The notes under the pieces are model-generated. The model searched no databases, was not told where the DNA came from, and saw only the letters and a list, made by a program, of their open reading frames with translations. A stretch of DNA of 64,000 nt, taken from Euprymna scolopes. Its lineage: Eukaryota. Below, piece by piece: positions 28,982 through 41,666 of this stretch. The position numbers and the translations under genes were made by a program. How positions within the stretch are numbered: position 1 is the first letter of the stretch; the number at the start of each line of letters is the position of its first letter. The stretch is taken from the NCBI GenBank assembly GCA_053919585.1, contig CM132794.1. One strand, written 5' to 3'.

Positions 28982-30954
28982 AAAAAAAATCCATGCCTCT
29001 TAATAGTTCTTACTCCAATAAAACTATTGGACCATACTGTCTGTACTTCTTCTAACACGTAACTCATATAGTTTAATAACACAGGATAATTGGCGATGGT
29101 TAAAGCAGTAATTGCATAAAATTAGAAATGGTCTGTATCAGGAGTTCATTTTTCAAAACGGATTGTCATACTAATTCTCTAGAATTTAGCTAGGATAATA
29201 TTCTTCCAAATAGTGTAACAGAAGTGCACCATTAACTTGGCCAGCAAGAGTGAATCAACACCGCCAGAAAAAAAACAACACATTTTTTAGAATATCAATT
29301 TCAATTCTTTCAGTACCTTGATATTTCCCTAAATAGATATAACAATGTTATAATTTTGCAGGTCTCACGGTACGTATCAAAGCCGTACATGAAGCCCTTG
29401 TGTTCACCTCTCGCACTGATCACGCTCTACATTGCTAAACATCTTTGATAAACTGAGAAGCAACTATATAAGTATGTATGTAATATTTAGTTTTCTGAAA
29501 TGAACTTATTGTTGAACAAAGTTCCTGTTAAAACAATTCAGTTGGAGAAATTTATTGATACTCATTCATATTTTTATAAATTGTTTATTCGTGCGAAGTG
29601 TAAAATGATGCAAGTGGGAATATAATTTTTAACGTGCAAAAAATTATAACAACGTTTTCCAAATTATGGCCAGTAAAATATGCATACAGCATATGGAATA
29701 TATTGGCCAATTTATAGACGTGATACGCATTTTTTTTCATTACAATGAACAATACATACAATGAATGAAGTTAATGAATACGCGACAACTATGTTTTTGT
29801 TCCAAGTGTCTAAGCAATAATGTTATAATACGAAATATGTAGTTTACATATCGTGATGTCGGGGAGTAAGCGGGCATTATAGAACTTTTTATAGATTGTT
29901 TCATTGCTTCACAAATATGTTGTGCTTCAGTATAAGTTTTCAGTAGAAAATCATCGCATTCAATGTAAAGGTATGTGAAAGAACAATGAATATGTTGTAC
30001 TCATATTATTTTGTTTCATCCACTCAATAATCAATGATATGAATGAATATAAAGCTGTAGATATTTTTAATTCCATAAATTTGGTAGTCCGCTCGTCACA
30101 GATTCCTGACCTTACTGATTTTAAGTGTTATTTATTTCCCATAACTAGTTGTCTTCTATATTAACATAATATGATTGCAAAAACGCGAACTCTTATTATT
30201 TCTTCCAGTATTATTGTTAGTGTAAAATTCTTAATCCAGAAGTGGTGCCATTTACTTCAAGTAGTATTTGTATCATTTTTATTTATTATTATTTTCAATT
30301 GCTACAAATGTTAAACATGTTTAGTTTAACATTCAATTCTTAATATTTCTGAATATTTTGGATGATGAATTTTTGTTTATATAATTCATTATACTACAAA
30401 GCATTTTTAAAATTATTTCTGTGTTTTATTCGTACAAAGTTTACGTCGCTGTAATCTTCGATCTTTTTCAGGTGTGTAATTCGTCTTGTTGAGGAAAAAA
30501 AGTAGAGCTAACTTTACACTTCCGAAATATAAGTTTATGAAACAAGAAACGAAAAATGTTTGCTAAATCACACGTTGTTTTGTGGTATCTATTTTCTTTT
30601 TGAAATATTTTACAACATAAATATTTGTTTTATTTTCATGTAGTATGTTTATTACATAGCTATAAAGCGAATGATATGGGATGAAAAAGAAAAAAAAGTA
30701 GCCATGAAGTAAAATAACATAAAGGATAAAAAGAGTTTATTAAACACAGGATTTGGACTAAATTTTGTGATTATTTTTTCCGTTAAAATATGTTCCAAAA
30801 CAGTTAAAATGGGAATATGTGCGATAATAAAAATACATTTTATTAGTTGAATGTTTATATTACAATTGTCTGAAAACAATGCCAAGTTATTCTACGTAAC
30901 TTCACAATAATTATTATTGTACGTGTAACCAGAAATAAGTAATAAATATTTTAT

Positions 30955-31070
30955 ATATTATATCATCATATATTATAACATCAAACATGATATCATCATA
31001 TATTATATCATCGTATATTATATCATCGTATATTATATCATCGTATATTATATAACCGTATATTATACAT
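30955..31070. repeat. Short tandem repeat, ~15-bp unit ATATTATATCATCGT
   Basis: About 7 imperfect tandem copies visible. Confidence 0.85.
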
Positions 31071-32746
31071 AGCATTATTTTATATTTAATTAACGCATAT
31101 AATACAAGTAATCTGTTGTTTATCCTTTTTATGAAACATATTTTTCTAAATTCTATAACATATTCACCGTTCTTTATACCGTAACATCTACATTGAACTT
31201 TTTTGTCTGTAATGTTAAAATCGTCCTATTAAAAGAGGTCAAGTTTTAATTGCCAGCCATATGTGGTTATTTATACGGTATTTTCAATATATCCATATAT
31301 AACGGCGTCCGGTGTGTTTTTTTAGTAGCCGAACCTAAAAATTTGTAAGACTCTACAAATATGAAGTGCAGAGTGTCCCCTCTATTTTTTTATCACACAT
31401 GGCGATTCACCCTCTTAAATCATATCGAAGGAAATGTCCAAATACACACTAGTTAAAAAAAACGATTAAATCTAAGTAAGACATTGTTATATTTTTTGGG
31501 TTCCACTTTTTATTTTGGTTCGATTATTATTGCAATAGACAGTTCATTGTCTGTTAATATTTCAATTGTATTTAATCGCCTTTGCCATGCAAACTTTATT
31601 GCTTAATTGCTCTGCTTACCCGATTGAAATGGGGTTGCTTGAATTTGATAAATGCTGTATATTTGTTGAAAATAGCACCCAAATATTCAGACTGAGTATA
31701 ATAATAACGTTAGAAAACAATTTTTCTGACTTTTTATTGATTTGCTATCTGGTTGTAAATATGGTATTATACTTATAAATATATAACCCCTGTTATGGAA
31801 TATCTATTCTTAATCTCTTTCGAATTTTTAGTCGTACAATCTTTACTAATTTTATTAACTGTAAATTCTCCGTTTTAAAATAATTCCTTAAAAAATGCGA
31901 ATCATTTCCGCAAATCCGACATGATAATAGAATTAATAATAATATCCACAAAAATTATACAGTAATAATATATCAACACCCTTCAGATATCTCTATTTAG
32001 ACGTAATTATTCAACCTTACACTGTAAACTTGCTTACGTTTCCATTCATATGTTACAGGATCAGTTAGGTTATATTTTTAATGACATGTTTATCAATAAA
32101 GAAGGACGACCATAATAACTCTGGAATTTAAAAATTCGCTAAAATTTATCTGCAATTGATAGCAATTCGTTAGTCGTTATCTGTCCCGAAAGAGAACTGA
32201 CTAAGCAAGTTCTCTTTCGAAATTAGTCTGCCATTGTTTTTTACCTATAGAATAACTGCTTAATTTACGATGTAAGCTATTCACACATAACTGGTAAAAT
32301 TTGTAATGTAAGATAAGACCTGATGAAGGAAATTGGAGAAAATAAAGTATTTAAAAGATCGAATCATGATGACGTTATTTGCGTTAAATTAAGGAATATT
32401 ATGTTATCGTAAATTCGCAAGAAACTCATCAATATCGTACATCACAAAGGTAAAGTTATTGGAAAAAGCTTTGCTTATGGATTAATTAACGCTTATCTGA
32501 ATATCTCATTCGTAAGATCGCGTTACGCTGAAACGAAGATCACTAACCTAATGTAAACAAAATAATTTCGGTTTGTCAGATTAAAGATAAAACAACTGTG
32601 TATTAATTCACCTATAAAATGAAAAATATGCGTATTAGATTATCTTTATTCATTAAAAAAATCAACGTCAGGATATGATAAGCAACATGTATAAATTAAA
32701 GTATATTAAAACGCATTTTTCGAGTTGTCAACGTCTACTGACCTGG

Positions 32747-32801
<55 letters not shown>

Positions 32802-33405
32802 TATAAGTTTTTAATCAATTTCTTTCCTCTTCTTACAAGGAATAAGCCTACACTTTTCCCGTGAAATTCCAGCAGAATAATTTGTTAAGTATTGTTTTAT
32901 GGCTTCCTTTGAAGGCCTTTAAAATATCCCCTTGGGTTGTCTGTCCGATATTTAACCGTCTTTTATTTGGAAATATAGTTCGTTATTTCATCTCGTTACA
33001 TCTCGAGTGCACTTCCTCGGGGTCAGCAATTGTTCTTCTCTTTCCTCTTTACATTTGATCGAGAAATTTAATTACTTTCTAGGATAGTATATTTGATAAA
33101 GACGACATCAATGACCAGGTTTATCTCTCGAGGGGAATGTATTATGTACATTATCTCAGTTAGATGGTTTCTCCAGTGCCGAATGTGAAACCTAACAATC
33201 AAAATTTACTTTATTTTTTGTATTATTCGTTTCTAAACTTGATTGAAATATCGTATGTTAAAAGTTTAACCTCTAATATCATTCGAATGAAATGTGATTT
33301 AATTAAGAAATATGACTCAAGTTTTATCTTTCTATTAATGATAAGAATATTTTAAATACTTTTATTCATAAATAGTATTTTTTCAAATAATTTTCGTCAT
33401 ATATA

Positions 33406-33460
<55 letters not shown>

Positions 33461-33488
33461 TTATTTTTTTTACTATAATAATTAAATA

Positions 33489-33534
33489 CCTACAGACACT
33501 AGTGTTTCATCCTTTCGGGATTCTTCAGTGCAGG
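33489..33534 (-). ncRNA. Type I hammerhead ribozyme (copy 1)
   Basis: CCUGCA-CUGAAGA-AUCC cgaaa GGAU-GAAA-CACUAGUG-UC^UGUAGG: intact core, 6-bp stem I (one G-U), 4-bp stem II, palindromic stem III, GUC cleavage triplet (cut between 33495 and 33494). Confidence 0.9.
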
Positions 33535-33836
33535 GTGTCACGATTACTACCAGTCGAACGATTCGAACCCCGCGACACGAGACATCTCTGGCTCGATTAG
33601 CGGAGGCCGTATCCATTCGGCTACTATTAACCGTGTGAAATAGCGTTGAATTTTAAACATTTTTTTAATTTAAATGTTCATTACGTCAGACAGACAGTGA
33701 TCAAATCGCTATACGATGATCTACGCATAAGAGATAAATTGACCGACTTTTTAATTCAACTGAAAGTACTCAACGATAAGAAACGAATTTCTTAAAGGGG
33801 CTGTCATAATTATTTTTTTACTATAATAATTAAATA

Positions 33837-33882
33837 CCTACAGACACTAGTGTTTCATCCTTTCGGGATTCTTCAGTGCAGG
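33837..33882 (-). ncRNA. Type I hammerhead ribozyme (copy 2)
   Basis: Identical to copy 1, 348 nt away. Confidence 0.9.
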
Positions 33883-33911
33883 GTGTCACGATTACTACCT
33901 GCACGGTTGAT

Positions 33912-35521
33912 CCATTTATGTGAGTTTTCATTTATGTGAGTTTTTCATTTACGTGAGATAATCATTTATGTATGTTTTTCATTTATTTCAGTTTTCATGC
34001 ATGTGAGGTTTTTTTTTTACTCAGTGATCACCACTTATCAAGGCCCGGAAGCCACTCAGGGATAAGGGTTATTGCAAGTACATTACGTTAGTGAGGAGAT
34101 TTGATGAAGTGTTTAATTAGGGGGGAGGTTCATTAGGAATTTGTTAACATTAGACTTGAAGACATCCAAGTTGTAGTCCGGAGGGAAGCAGGCAGACGGA
34201 ACAGAGTTCCACATGCGTGCAGTTCTAAGAAAGAAGATTTGTTCATGAAATCCGCGTTTTGATTTAGGCACAGATATAGAGTGGGGGACATTTTTCACAT
34301 TGGATTCAGCTAGACGGGTGTTTTTCGTGAAAGATTGGCGAGGGGGGGGGCCAGGAATTAGAGTTCAGACGAGCACCTGCCATGAAAATAACGATAAAAC
34401 AAGGATAGGCTTGCAACGTCTCTTCTGTGGGAGAGGGGTTGCAGGGTAGAGAATAGGGCATCCCCCACTAAACCACGAAGTCTATTTTGTACTCTGTCAA
34501 GGCATGATAGGCTGTTTTTTGCAGCTCCTGCCCAGATATGGCAACAGTATTCCATCCTTGGACGTTCTTGGCTTTTATATGGATAGAGAATTGCATCAGT
34601 AGTGAGATATCTTCTGGAGCGGTAGAAGGATCCCACCATCTTTCCAGCGACCTTGGCAACAGACTTGATGTACGTGTTCCATTTCAGATCAGGAGTAAAG
34701 GTCAAAACCAGAAGCTTGTCAAAACACGGGGCCTCACCCAGACGAGAGCCATCCATCACAATTGATACCAGCTGGGGATCAGAGCGTTGATGATGATTTT
34801 CATGAGTTTTCATTTATGTCAGTTTTCATTTATGTTAGATGTTAGTTTATATGAGTTTTCATTTATGTGAGTTTTCGTTTATGTGAGTTTTCGTTTATGT
34901 GAGTTTTTGTTTATGTGAGTTTTCCATTTATGTGCAATTTTCATTTAGTTGAGTGATCATTTATTTGAGATTTTCATTCATGAGTGTTTTCATTTATATG
35001 AGTTTTCCATTTATACGAGTATTCATTGATGTGAGGTTTTATTTATGTGAGTTTTTCATTTATGTGAGTTTTCTGTTTTTGTGAGTTTTCATTCGTGCGA
35101 GTTTTTCATTGATGTGAGTTTTTCATTCATGTGAGTTTTTCATTGATGTGAGTTTTTCATTTATCTGAGATTTTCATTAATGTTACTTTACATTTATGTG
35201 ATATTTTCATTTATGTGAGATTTTCATCTATGAGAGTTTTCAAGTTATGTGAGTTTTCATTTATGTGAGTTTTTTTTTATTCATGTGAGTTTTCATATAT
35301 GTCAGTATTTCATTTATGCGAGTTTTTTTCATTTATGTGAGATTTTCATTTATTTGAGTTTTCATTGATATGAGTTGTCCATATATGTGAGTTTTCATTT
35401 ATGTGGGTTTTTACTTTTACGTGAGATTATCATTTATGTGAGTTTTCCATTTATTTTAGTTTTCAATTTATGTGACATTTTCATTTATGTGAGGTTTCCA
35501 TTTATGTGAGATTTTCATTTA
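33912..35521. repeat. Minisatellite, 16-17-bp unit TTTTCATTTATGTGAG, interrupted by a LINE
   Basis: Dozens of degenerate tandem copies at about 33912-34008 and 34797-35521. Confidence 0.9.
34009..34797 (-). mobile_element. CR1-group (Crack/Daphne-like) LINE: RT C-terminus, 3' UTR and poly(A)
   Basis: ORF 34358-34813 reads RPRMEYCCHIWAGA..LDRVQ..LQPLSHRRDVASLSLFYRYFHGRCSSEL; then FFLRTARMWNS. T-run at 34009-34018 is the poly(A). Confidence 0.9.
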
Positions 35522-35810
35522 GTTCATGAAAGGGTTTATGTATTGTTTCTCGAGATCTAGAGTTGCATCTAAAACCCCCACTTTATATAAATCTCTCTTT
35601 ATAGTTATTTTAAAACCTTGTTTCTTGAAATAATCAACTAAATCTTGAAAAAAAAACTCAAAAAGAAACCACATACAGCCTTAAAATATCTATATTTTCG
35701 TAACAAATCAAGTATGGCATTTGGGAACAACTTTTAAATACTCGTATTTATTCGCCAAATTTTAATGTCAACTTGTTCTCTCGATATTCCATATAAAATT
35801 ATAAGACATT

Positions 35811-36200
35811 TTATATCAAGTCATTAAGGGAACTAATTCGCTGCACGGCTACTTTGGATGGGACGGACTGAACATATACTTCTCTTGCAGTTTTTATTTC
35901 TCTTTTACAGGGGTGTATGGCAGTCCTGCAAGCTGCTTTAGTCTCAGCACATCTATTACGTTGGTAACTATAGAAAAAGTGATTTCTGTGCGCGATGACA
36001 GCAGCACGTTCTAGGGAGAGCCATTGCTGGCTGTTAGATTTTTGTTGGAATTTTTTGGATGGTATGAATTGGTCTATGCCTACAATTAACCATTCAATAC
36101 GGTCTGATACTATAGAGGACACATCCCTTATAATGCAGAGGTAGATTAGATATGACTGTATGGAAGCTATCCGGGTCTGCCATAGAGTACTGATATACAG
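35811..36200 (-). mobile_element. CR1-group LINE ORF2 fragment (APE-RT linker)
   Basis: IDQFIPSKKFQQKSNSQQWLSLERAAVIAHRNHFFYSYQRN matches the IP......PWF......AAAIAHRNHFF linker of this LINE group. Confidence 0.7.
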
Positions 36201-36489
36201 TACTGTGGAGAGACACGCATGAAGACTTATTACATTTCATTTTTCTCTTAACTGATACAACGAAGTGGTCATCTTTGTCTGTTTCCCTTTTAATCTCCAT
36301 TAGAGACACCGAGAGCTCTTTGATTGTGTTGCATATCATCGTAGTCATTTCCCCGTTAGTCAGAAGAGTGTCAATGATGGAATCTTAAAACGGATTCCTT
36401 TTCAATTGTATCAGCCTATATAGGCTATTCTCATGGTTAATTTTTTTCGAGGAGAAATACTTCAGGGAGAAATAATAATTCATTAATAC

Positions 36490-39310
36490 TGTACCCTATC
36501 TCAACAGTCTATTAGCAGTATATGTCAATAAGCCGTTTTTTTTAAGCAAAATCGTGTGCAACAGGTTATGATCCGTCTGCAATGTAAACTTTCTGTTATG
36601 TAAACACCTATGAAACATTGTCACAGCAGGCCTTCTATTTAAATGTTATCGTAATGGCTGTTGGCCTTCAGTAGCGTTCTAGATTCAGGCGTGATCGGTT
36701 TTCTGGTACCGTCAGGCATGAAGTATGCAAGCTCCACCACTAAATGAGCTTCCGTCACACACTACTATTATTCTAAACCTTGGATCATAGGTTGTCAAAA
36801 AAGGTCTTAAGTTGACGTCTATTTGATCTTCTCAAACGCCATTGACGTCCAGTCCCAGGCTTTCTCTTTCTTTAACAGTGCATTTAGTAGGGTCCGCAAA
36901 TCATACAAATTCTTGATGAAGACTTGGTAGATATTAGCCAGGCTCAGGAAGCTTTATAGTGCTTGCCCGTTATTGGGAGTAGGCATGCTCTTTTTGGCTT
37001 CGGCCTTCTCAGGACCTGGGTGTCTACCATTTTCATCAAACCTGTGACCTAAGTAACGTATTTTCCTCACCAGGACGTCACATAGTGCTACATTTACTTT
37101 CAAACAAAAACTTTGAATTCTTTCAAAAACTTCATGTATGTGTTTGTGGTGCTCGTCCATCGATTTACTGGCTATGACAATACCCTCCAAGTAAGCGCAA
37201 GCGAAATCGAGGCAACGCAGCATAGGTTTCAGGTTTCCATGACCTGCTGCAAAATCGCCCCTGCCACCTTACACCGAAAGCTAACCATTCAAACTTGTAG
37301 AGTCAACTGTGTGTATTTACACAGACGAGTTTTAGACAATCCTCCTTGACGGGAATCTACAAATATGCGTTGCTCAAATCCACTTTAGAAAATACTTTAC
37401 CAACGTTTAATCTGTTGAATATCTTCATTGGCGTGAGGAGTGGATAGCGGTAATCTTTAATACACGAATCCGATTTATTTTCTTTGGCACATATAGGGTA
37501 GCGGCTGCCCAATCACTGTCGCTTATTTCGATAGTATTCTGATCCAACACCATTTTCGATTTTCTCCGTGGCTGCAAATGGAACGTATCGTTTCTTCTTG
37601 AAAACAGGCAGAGTGTCTGCTTTTACTTCGAATATTGCTATAGTTTTTTTTTACATTTTCCTAGTCCTGGAGAGAATACTTTTGTAAATTCCACGTTTAA
37701 ACGTCCTTCAGTTGTTGTGCTTCCGTAGAAGAGTCTTCTATCTATGACAGAATATATTCATAGGTTGGTCCCACACTTCGAATCGCTCCATCCGTTCAGT
37801 ACCGAATAAGTTTTTGGATGTCCTATGCATATAGACTTTCACTTTTTTAATAACATGAATTAAGGGTACCGGGAATGTGAGCTCTCCCTTAAATTCAACA
37901 TTATCGCCTGTCACAGATCGAGCTGACTTGTCCGTCTTGCTCATTGTTGGTTTCCTAAGAATATTCCACGTCTTAAGGTTAATGATAGACAGGTTTGATC
38001 CGGAATGCAATTTTAGATGCACCGTTTTATTTGCGATGTTAACTGTTATATATTTGCGCCGGTTATCCTCCGAATCCAAGTTGGATCTAGTCTGTCGGAC
38101 AATGTTCTTGTCCTTGTTCTTTTCTGTACTGGATCGCTTTGTGGCCCTTCCTGCCACATTCGTTGCAGTAATTATATTTGCAAAACATTGAGTCGACCAA
38201 TGTTTCCCGTCGCAGAGATAGTACGGGCGTGTAGGAGACTCGGGTCTTGTGGCTTGGTGGTATTTATTTGGTGCAACCTGACTATTCTTATTCTAGCTCT
38301 GATTTTTCGGGGTGTGTATTTTCCGGTCTGAAGGTTGTCCTTCTAATGAATTTTGCGCCTGACACCCCGACGTGTCTCAAGTTGTTCCTTAAGAAAACTT
38401 CGCGCTGGAAGGCCTCGGCCAACTTCTAGAGGGTGAGGCCGTGTTCGCTCCCAAGTCTAGAGAGAACACGTCGTCTAATCTACGGGTTTTTGGATGAAAC
38501 TTGACCCTGCGCAAAAATCAACACTTGAAGTCATCTGCCGATACGGAAATTATCGATGTGTTCATTTACCACGGACGCGAAAGTCAGGTAATCGTCATCG
38601 CCTTTTATGAAAGAGCATAGTATTCGGCATGAACAGTTCAGATAAAAGTTTTACCTCTTCAGCGATTTCCAACTCACTCGTCTTCCTAGGAAATCTACAA
38701 ACTTGGTATTGTCTGTGGTCCCTACTTTCCTCACAAGTAGACTAAATTTATTAGCGTTGTTCCACTCTTGACAGTCTACGGTGAATAGGTCCTCATGTCT
38801 CTGATAGAAAGCGTCAAACGTCCCATCCAACTCCGCTTGGTAGTTGAACGTTTCTATAGCGTTCCATATTGTACTTTGAGAAAAAGCACAGCGTTCGTTC
38901 CTTTGTTCCGTTCTATCGAAACTGTTGAACAATAGCTCTTCTTGTCTATGTTCTTGGAGTAGCATTCTCTCCTCCAACGCTTTTACCTCTCTTGAAATTG
39001 AAAGTGGAGCTGCTGATCACGTTCTTTTTAATTTTCTTCAGCTTTCCGCTGCTGCTATATCTACGCCGATCGAGTATTAATACGGATTTAACCTCGTTCC
39101 TCTTGTAATATATTTTCCAAGCGCACGAGAAAAAATTATTTAAGTTTTTGACTAAAGAAGAGAGATAAAATAAAAATAAAAAAGAAAACGTATTTTCCTT
39201 GAGTGTGTGCGTATGAGGATGGAGAAATATATACCTTGCTTCTTATAAAACATTAGTTACTTTCGAAGCAAAAAACAAAAGCAAAACATAATATAATGTG
39301 ATACTATACA
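36490..39310 (-). mobile_element. Decayed Ty3/Gypsy LTR retrotransposon (gag-PR-RT-RNase H, 3' truncated) with candidate 5' LTR at 39104-39310
   Basis: gag-like TFDAFYQRHEDLF, degenerate zinc knuckle YLCDGKHWSTQC, protease KLHSGSNLSII, RT AYLEGIVI and IRYLGH, RNase H-like VVCDGSS. TG..CA-bounded segment 39104-39310 with an adjacent PBS-like AGAGGAACGAGG. Many stops and frameshifts. Confidence 0.85.
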
Positions 39311-41666
39311 GTTGCAAAAGAATAATAATAATCGTGGAATTGTCCGAAAGTTAACCAAAATGCGTAGTTTTGTTATGTGTGTGTGTGTGCGGAGCTTGTC
39401 CTCACGAGTAAGAAAAAATGTCACTTTAGAACAGACAGTTTTAAATAGAATAGTTCAGAAGCTTCCACTCAATGGAAAATTATTACCTTTCAATACTACT
39501 TAAGTTAAAAGAAAGGGGAAAAACATGTCTTCCCTGTTAAAAATATGCATGAAGTTAGCAGCAAAAAGAAAAGCTGAAAATTATCTTTTCCCTTCATTTG
39601 AAAAAATGCCCGACTTTGCATAAGACTGAACATTTGAAAAGTTACAATTCAAATTGTGTTGCAGTGAATTTGGATCAACATTTTTCTCTTTCTTCCAATA
39701 CGCAACCAAATTACTTTTTACAGTTTTAACAAAAATGCGTTTTGTACAGTTCTTTTCAATTGATATACATACAGAGACATAAAGATTGCTTACAATTGAG
39801 TTGAGAGATCTGCCCTGCCTTCGTTTCTTTTTTGTTTTTAGAATTTTGGTTTTGTGAAAGTAATTGCCAGCGGGAATTCTTAACTTACAAGGTAAGTACT
39901 TTTGAAGTAAAATTAAATTATTTTTTTTCCTATTTTGTTTAGTAAACCCGTGTGAAAGTCGAATCCGTTTGTCGTCAGTTTGTTATGGTGTAAAATGGTA
40001 ATAAAAACGAAACAAACACAGGACTCTTAGAAACAAACATGTATTCACATATATTACAGGCAAGACGAGTTGAGTAATATTATTCTCTCAGCAGTTGGGC
40101 TTTTGCACACGACCTGCTTAGACGCGTACCAAACTCTGACTGCCGGGCACCGATACTTGTTACTGGAAGTGACGTTACCAGCGGAAGTGATGTCGTAAGA
40201 TAGTCCATTAATGTCATGGAGGGTCGGCTCCAAAATATATTTATATGTATAACTGTTGACCCGTCCTCATAAAAATGTAACTACGAGGACATGGACATGA
40301 ACAGCGTTGCCGATCGTAAAATATTAAAGAAATGTGACTGCGACAATGGGACAAAAACTCAAAACAGTGAGACAACGGAGGCAGGAGCGGATGGATTTAC
40401 TTAAAAACAGGACTTTGTGTCATCAGTCAGAACTGAAACCTAAAGCAAAATGTTGCTATAAAAAAGTAATCAATATCCCCTGTGGGGGGGGCAAACACGT
40501 ACATATCTATTTAGTAAGCGATCACTTTATCGCTGGCACGCAAATACGCAATTTAAATAATAATGATATTTTTGGACGATTTTATTTTAAATGTACGATA
40601 TATTTTTTTTTTTATCCGAGAGATAGCTATTTCTACCTATGTAACTTTGGGAATGTTAGTGCAATCTTAAAAACAATGTTTTCCTTTCATTAACTAATTG
40701 TGTAAACAAGAGAGAGAAAATATATATTCAACGATTAATTCAGAGTTGCTGATTTACATTATTTAATATCCTCGAAACTTTCTTGAAGATATTATTACTC
40801 AATTTAATGCTGATTGTAGAATATGGAAGACACCTGAATTTTATATTTCTTCATAAAAAAGCCGAAATCTCTATTGTCTGATTTCGGCTTTCCATTTTAA
40901 TGCCTCGCCTAATGTAAAACATCAAGGTAAAATTGGCAAATGACACCGTCTTATGTCTAACGTAGCATTAATGAGATTTCAGTACCAATTAAAAATCCAT
41001 ATTTAGACACACACTTTTTTAGAAAAATAAAATTTAACTCTAAAATACGTGTTTTACCTAAATAACACACTGAGGCTCACGCTCCACAATTTTCCTAGGC
41101 TAAAGTATTAAGTGTCCAAAGGTATGGTTATATGATCTTCTGTTTGGGTTATTTTCAGCCAAAACTAAGTGTCGGGAAATATTCTATTGTAAGAAAAATT
41201 TCGAAGATGAGAGCGTTAGTCCAATGAATCAACATTAATGCCAACCATCATTTAAAAATAAAACAATTTATCTAATCGGAATGTATCCAATTAATAGAAA
41301 TTGTGTTCAAATGTAAAAGAAATAAATTGGAAAAATTTAGAAAGCCGAATAACGCTAATAATTTTTATTTTTAAATAAAATGAATAACTAGCTAGATTTG
41401 TTCAGTAATTTCTATTTCTGTCACATATATTCTTTAAAATAAAATTATTTGGAATTTCGTGCAAACAAACTATTTCTACTTAAACTATGGTTGTAACAAT
41501 ATTAAAAAAATATGAGTTCAAACAAGTAATTTACAGCGTGTTTTAGGAATTGTGTATTACACGACCTGAGACAAATAGTTGCCACACAATGATTAAGATA
41601 AATGTTTAAGAAAAAAGGCTAAATCAAAAATATACTTTTTGCGGTAAACAAGGAAGTGTTGTTTAT

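Larger units (their letters stand above)
33461..33899 (-). mobile_element. Retrozyme-like element: 348-nt unit with tRNA-like Pol III head, bounded by ~90-bp direct repeats each containing a hammerhead ribozyme
   Basis: Direct repeats 33461-33551 and 33810-33899 differ only by one T in a homopolymer. A-box TAGCCGAATGG (33623-33613) and B-box GGTTCGAATC (33569-33560) lie on the minus strand between them. Confidence 0.8.

Noticed and set aside
30080-30140. IPDLTDFKCYLFP resembling the mariner YSPDLAPxDxxLF motif
   Set aside because: A single short degenerate motif with no TIRs or other supporting domains.
33552-33632. tRNA gene
   Set aside because: A and B boxes are present, but acceptor and anticodon stems do not fold. 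Treated as a tRNA-derived head; the same applies to 4965-5035 and 41817-41893.
33912-35521. Regularly spaced repeats suggestive of a CRISPR array
   Set aside because: Units are contiguous and degenerate with no unique spacers, there are no cas genes, and the context is eukaryotic.
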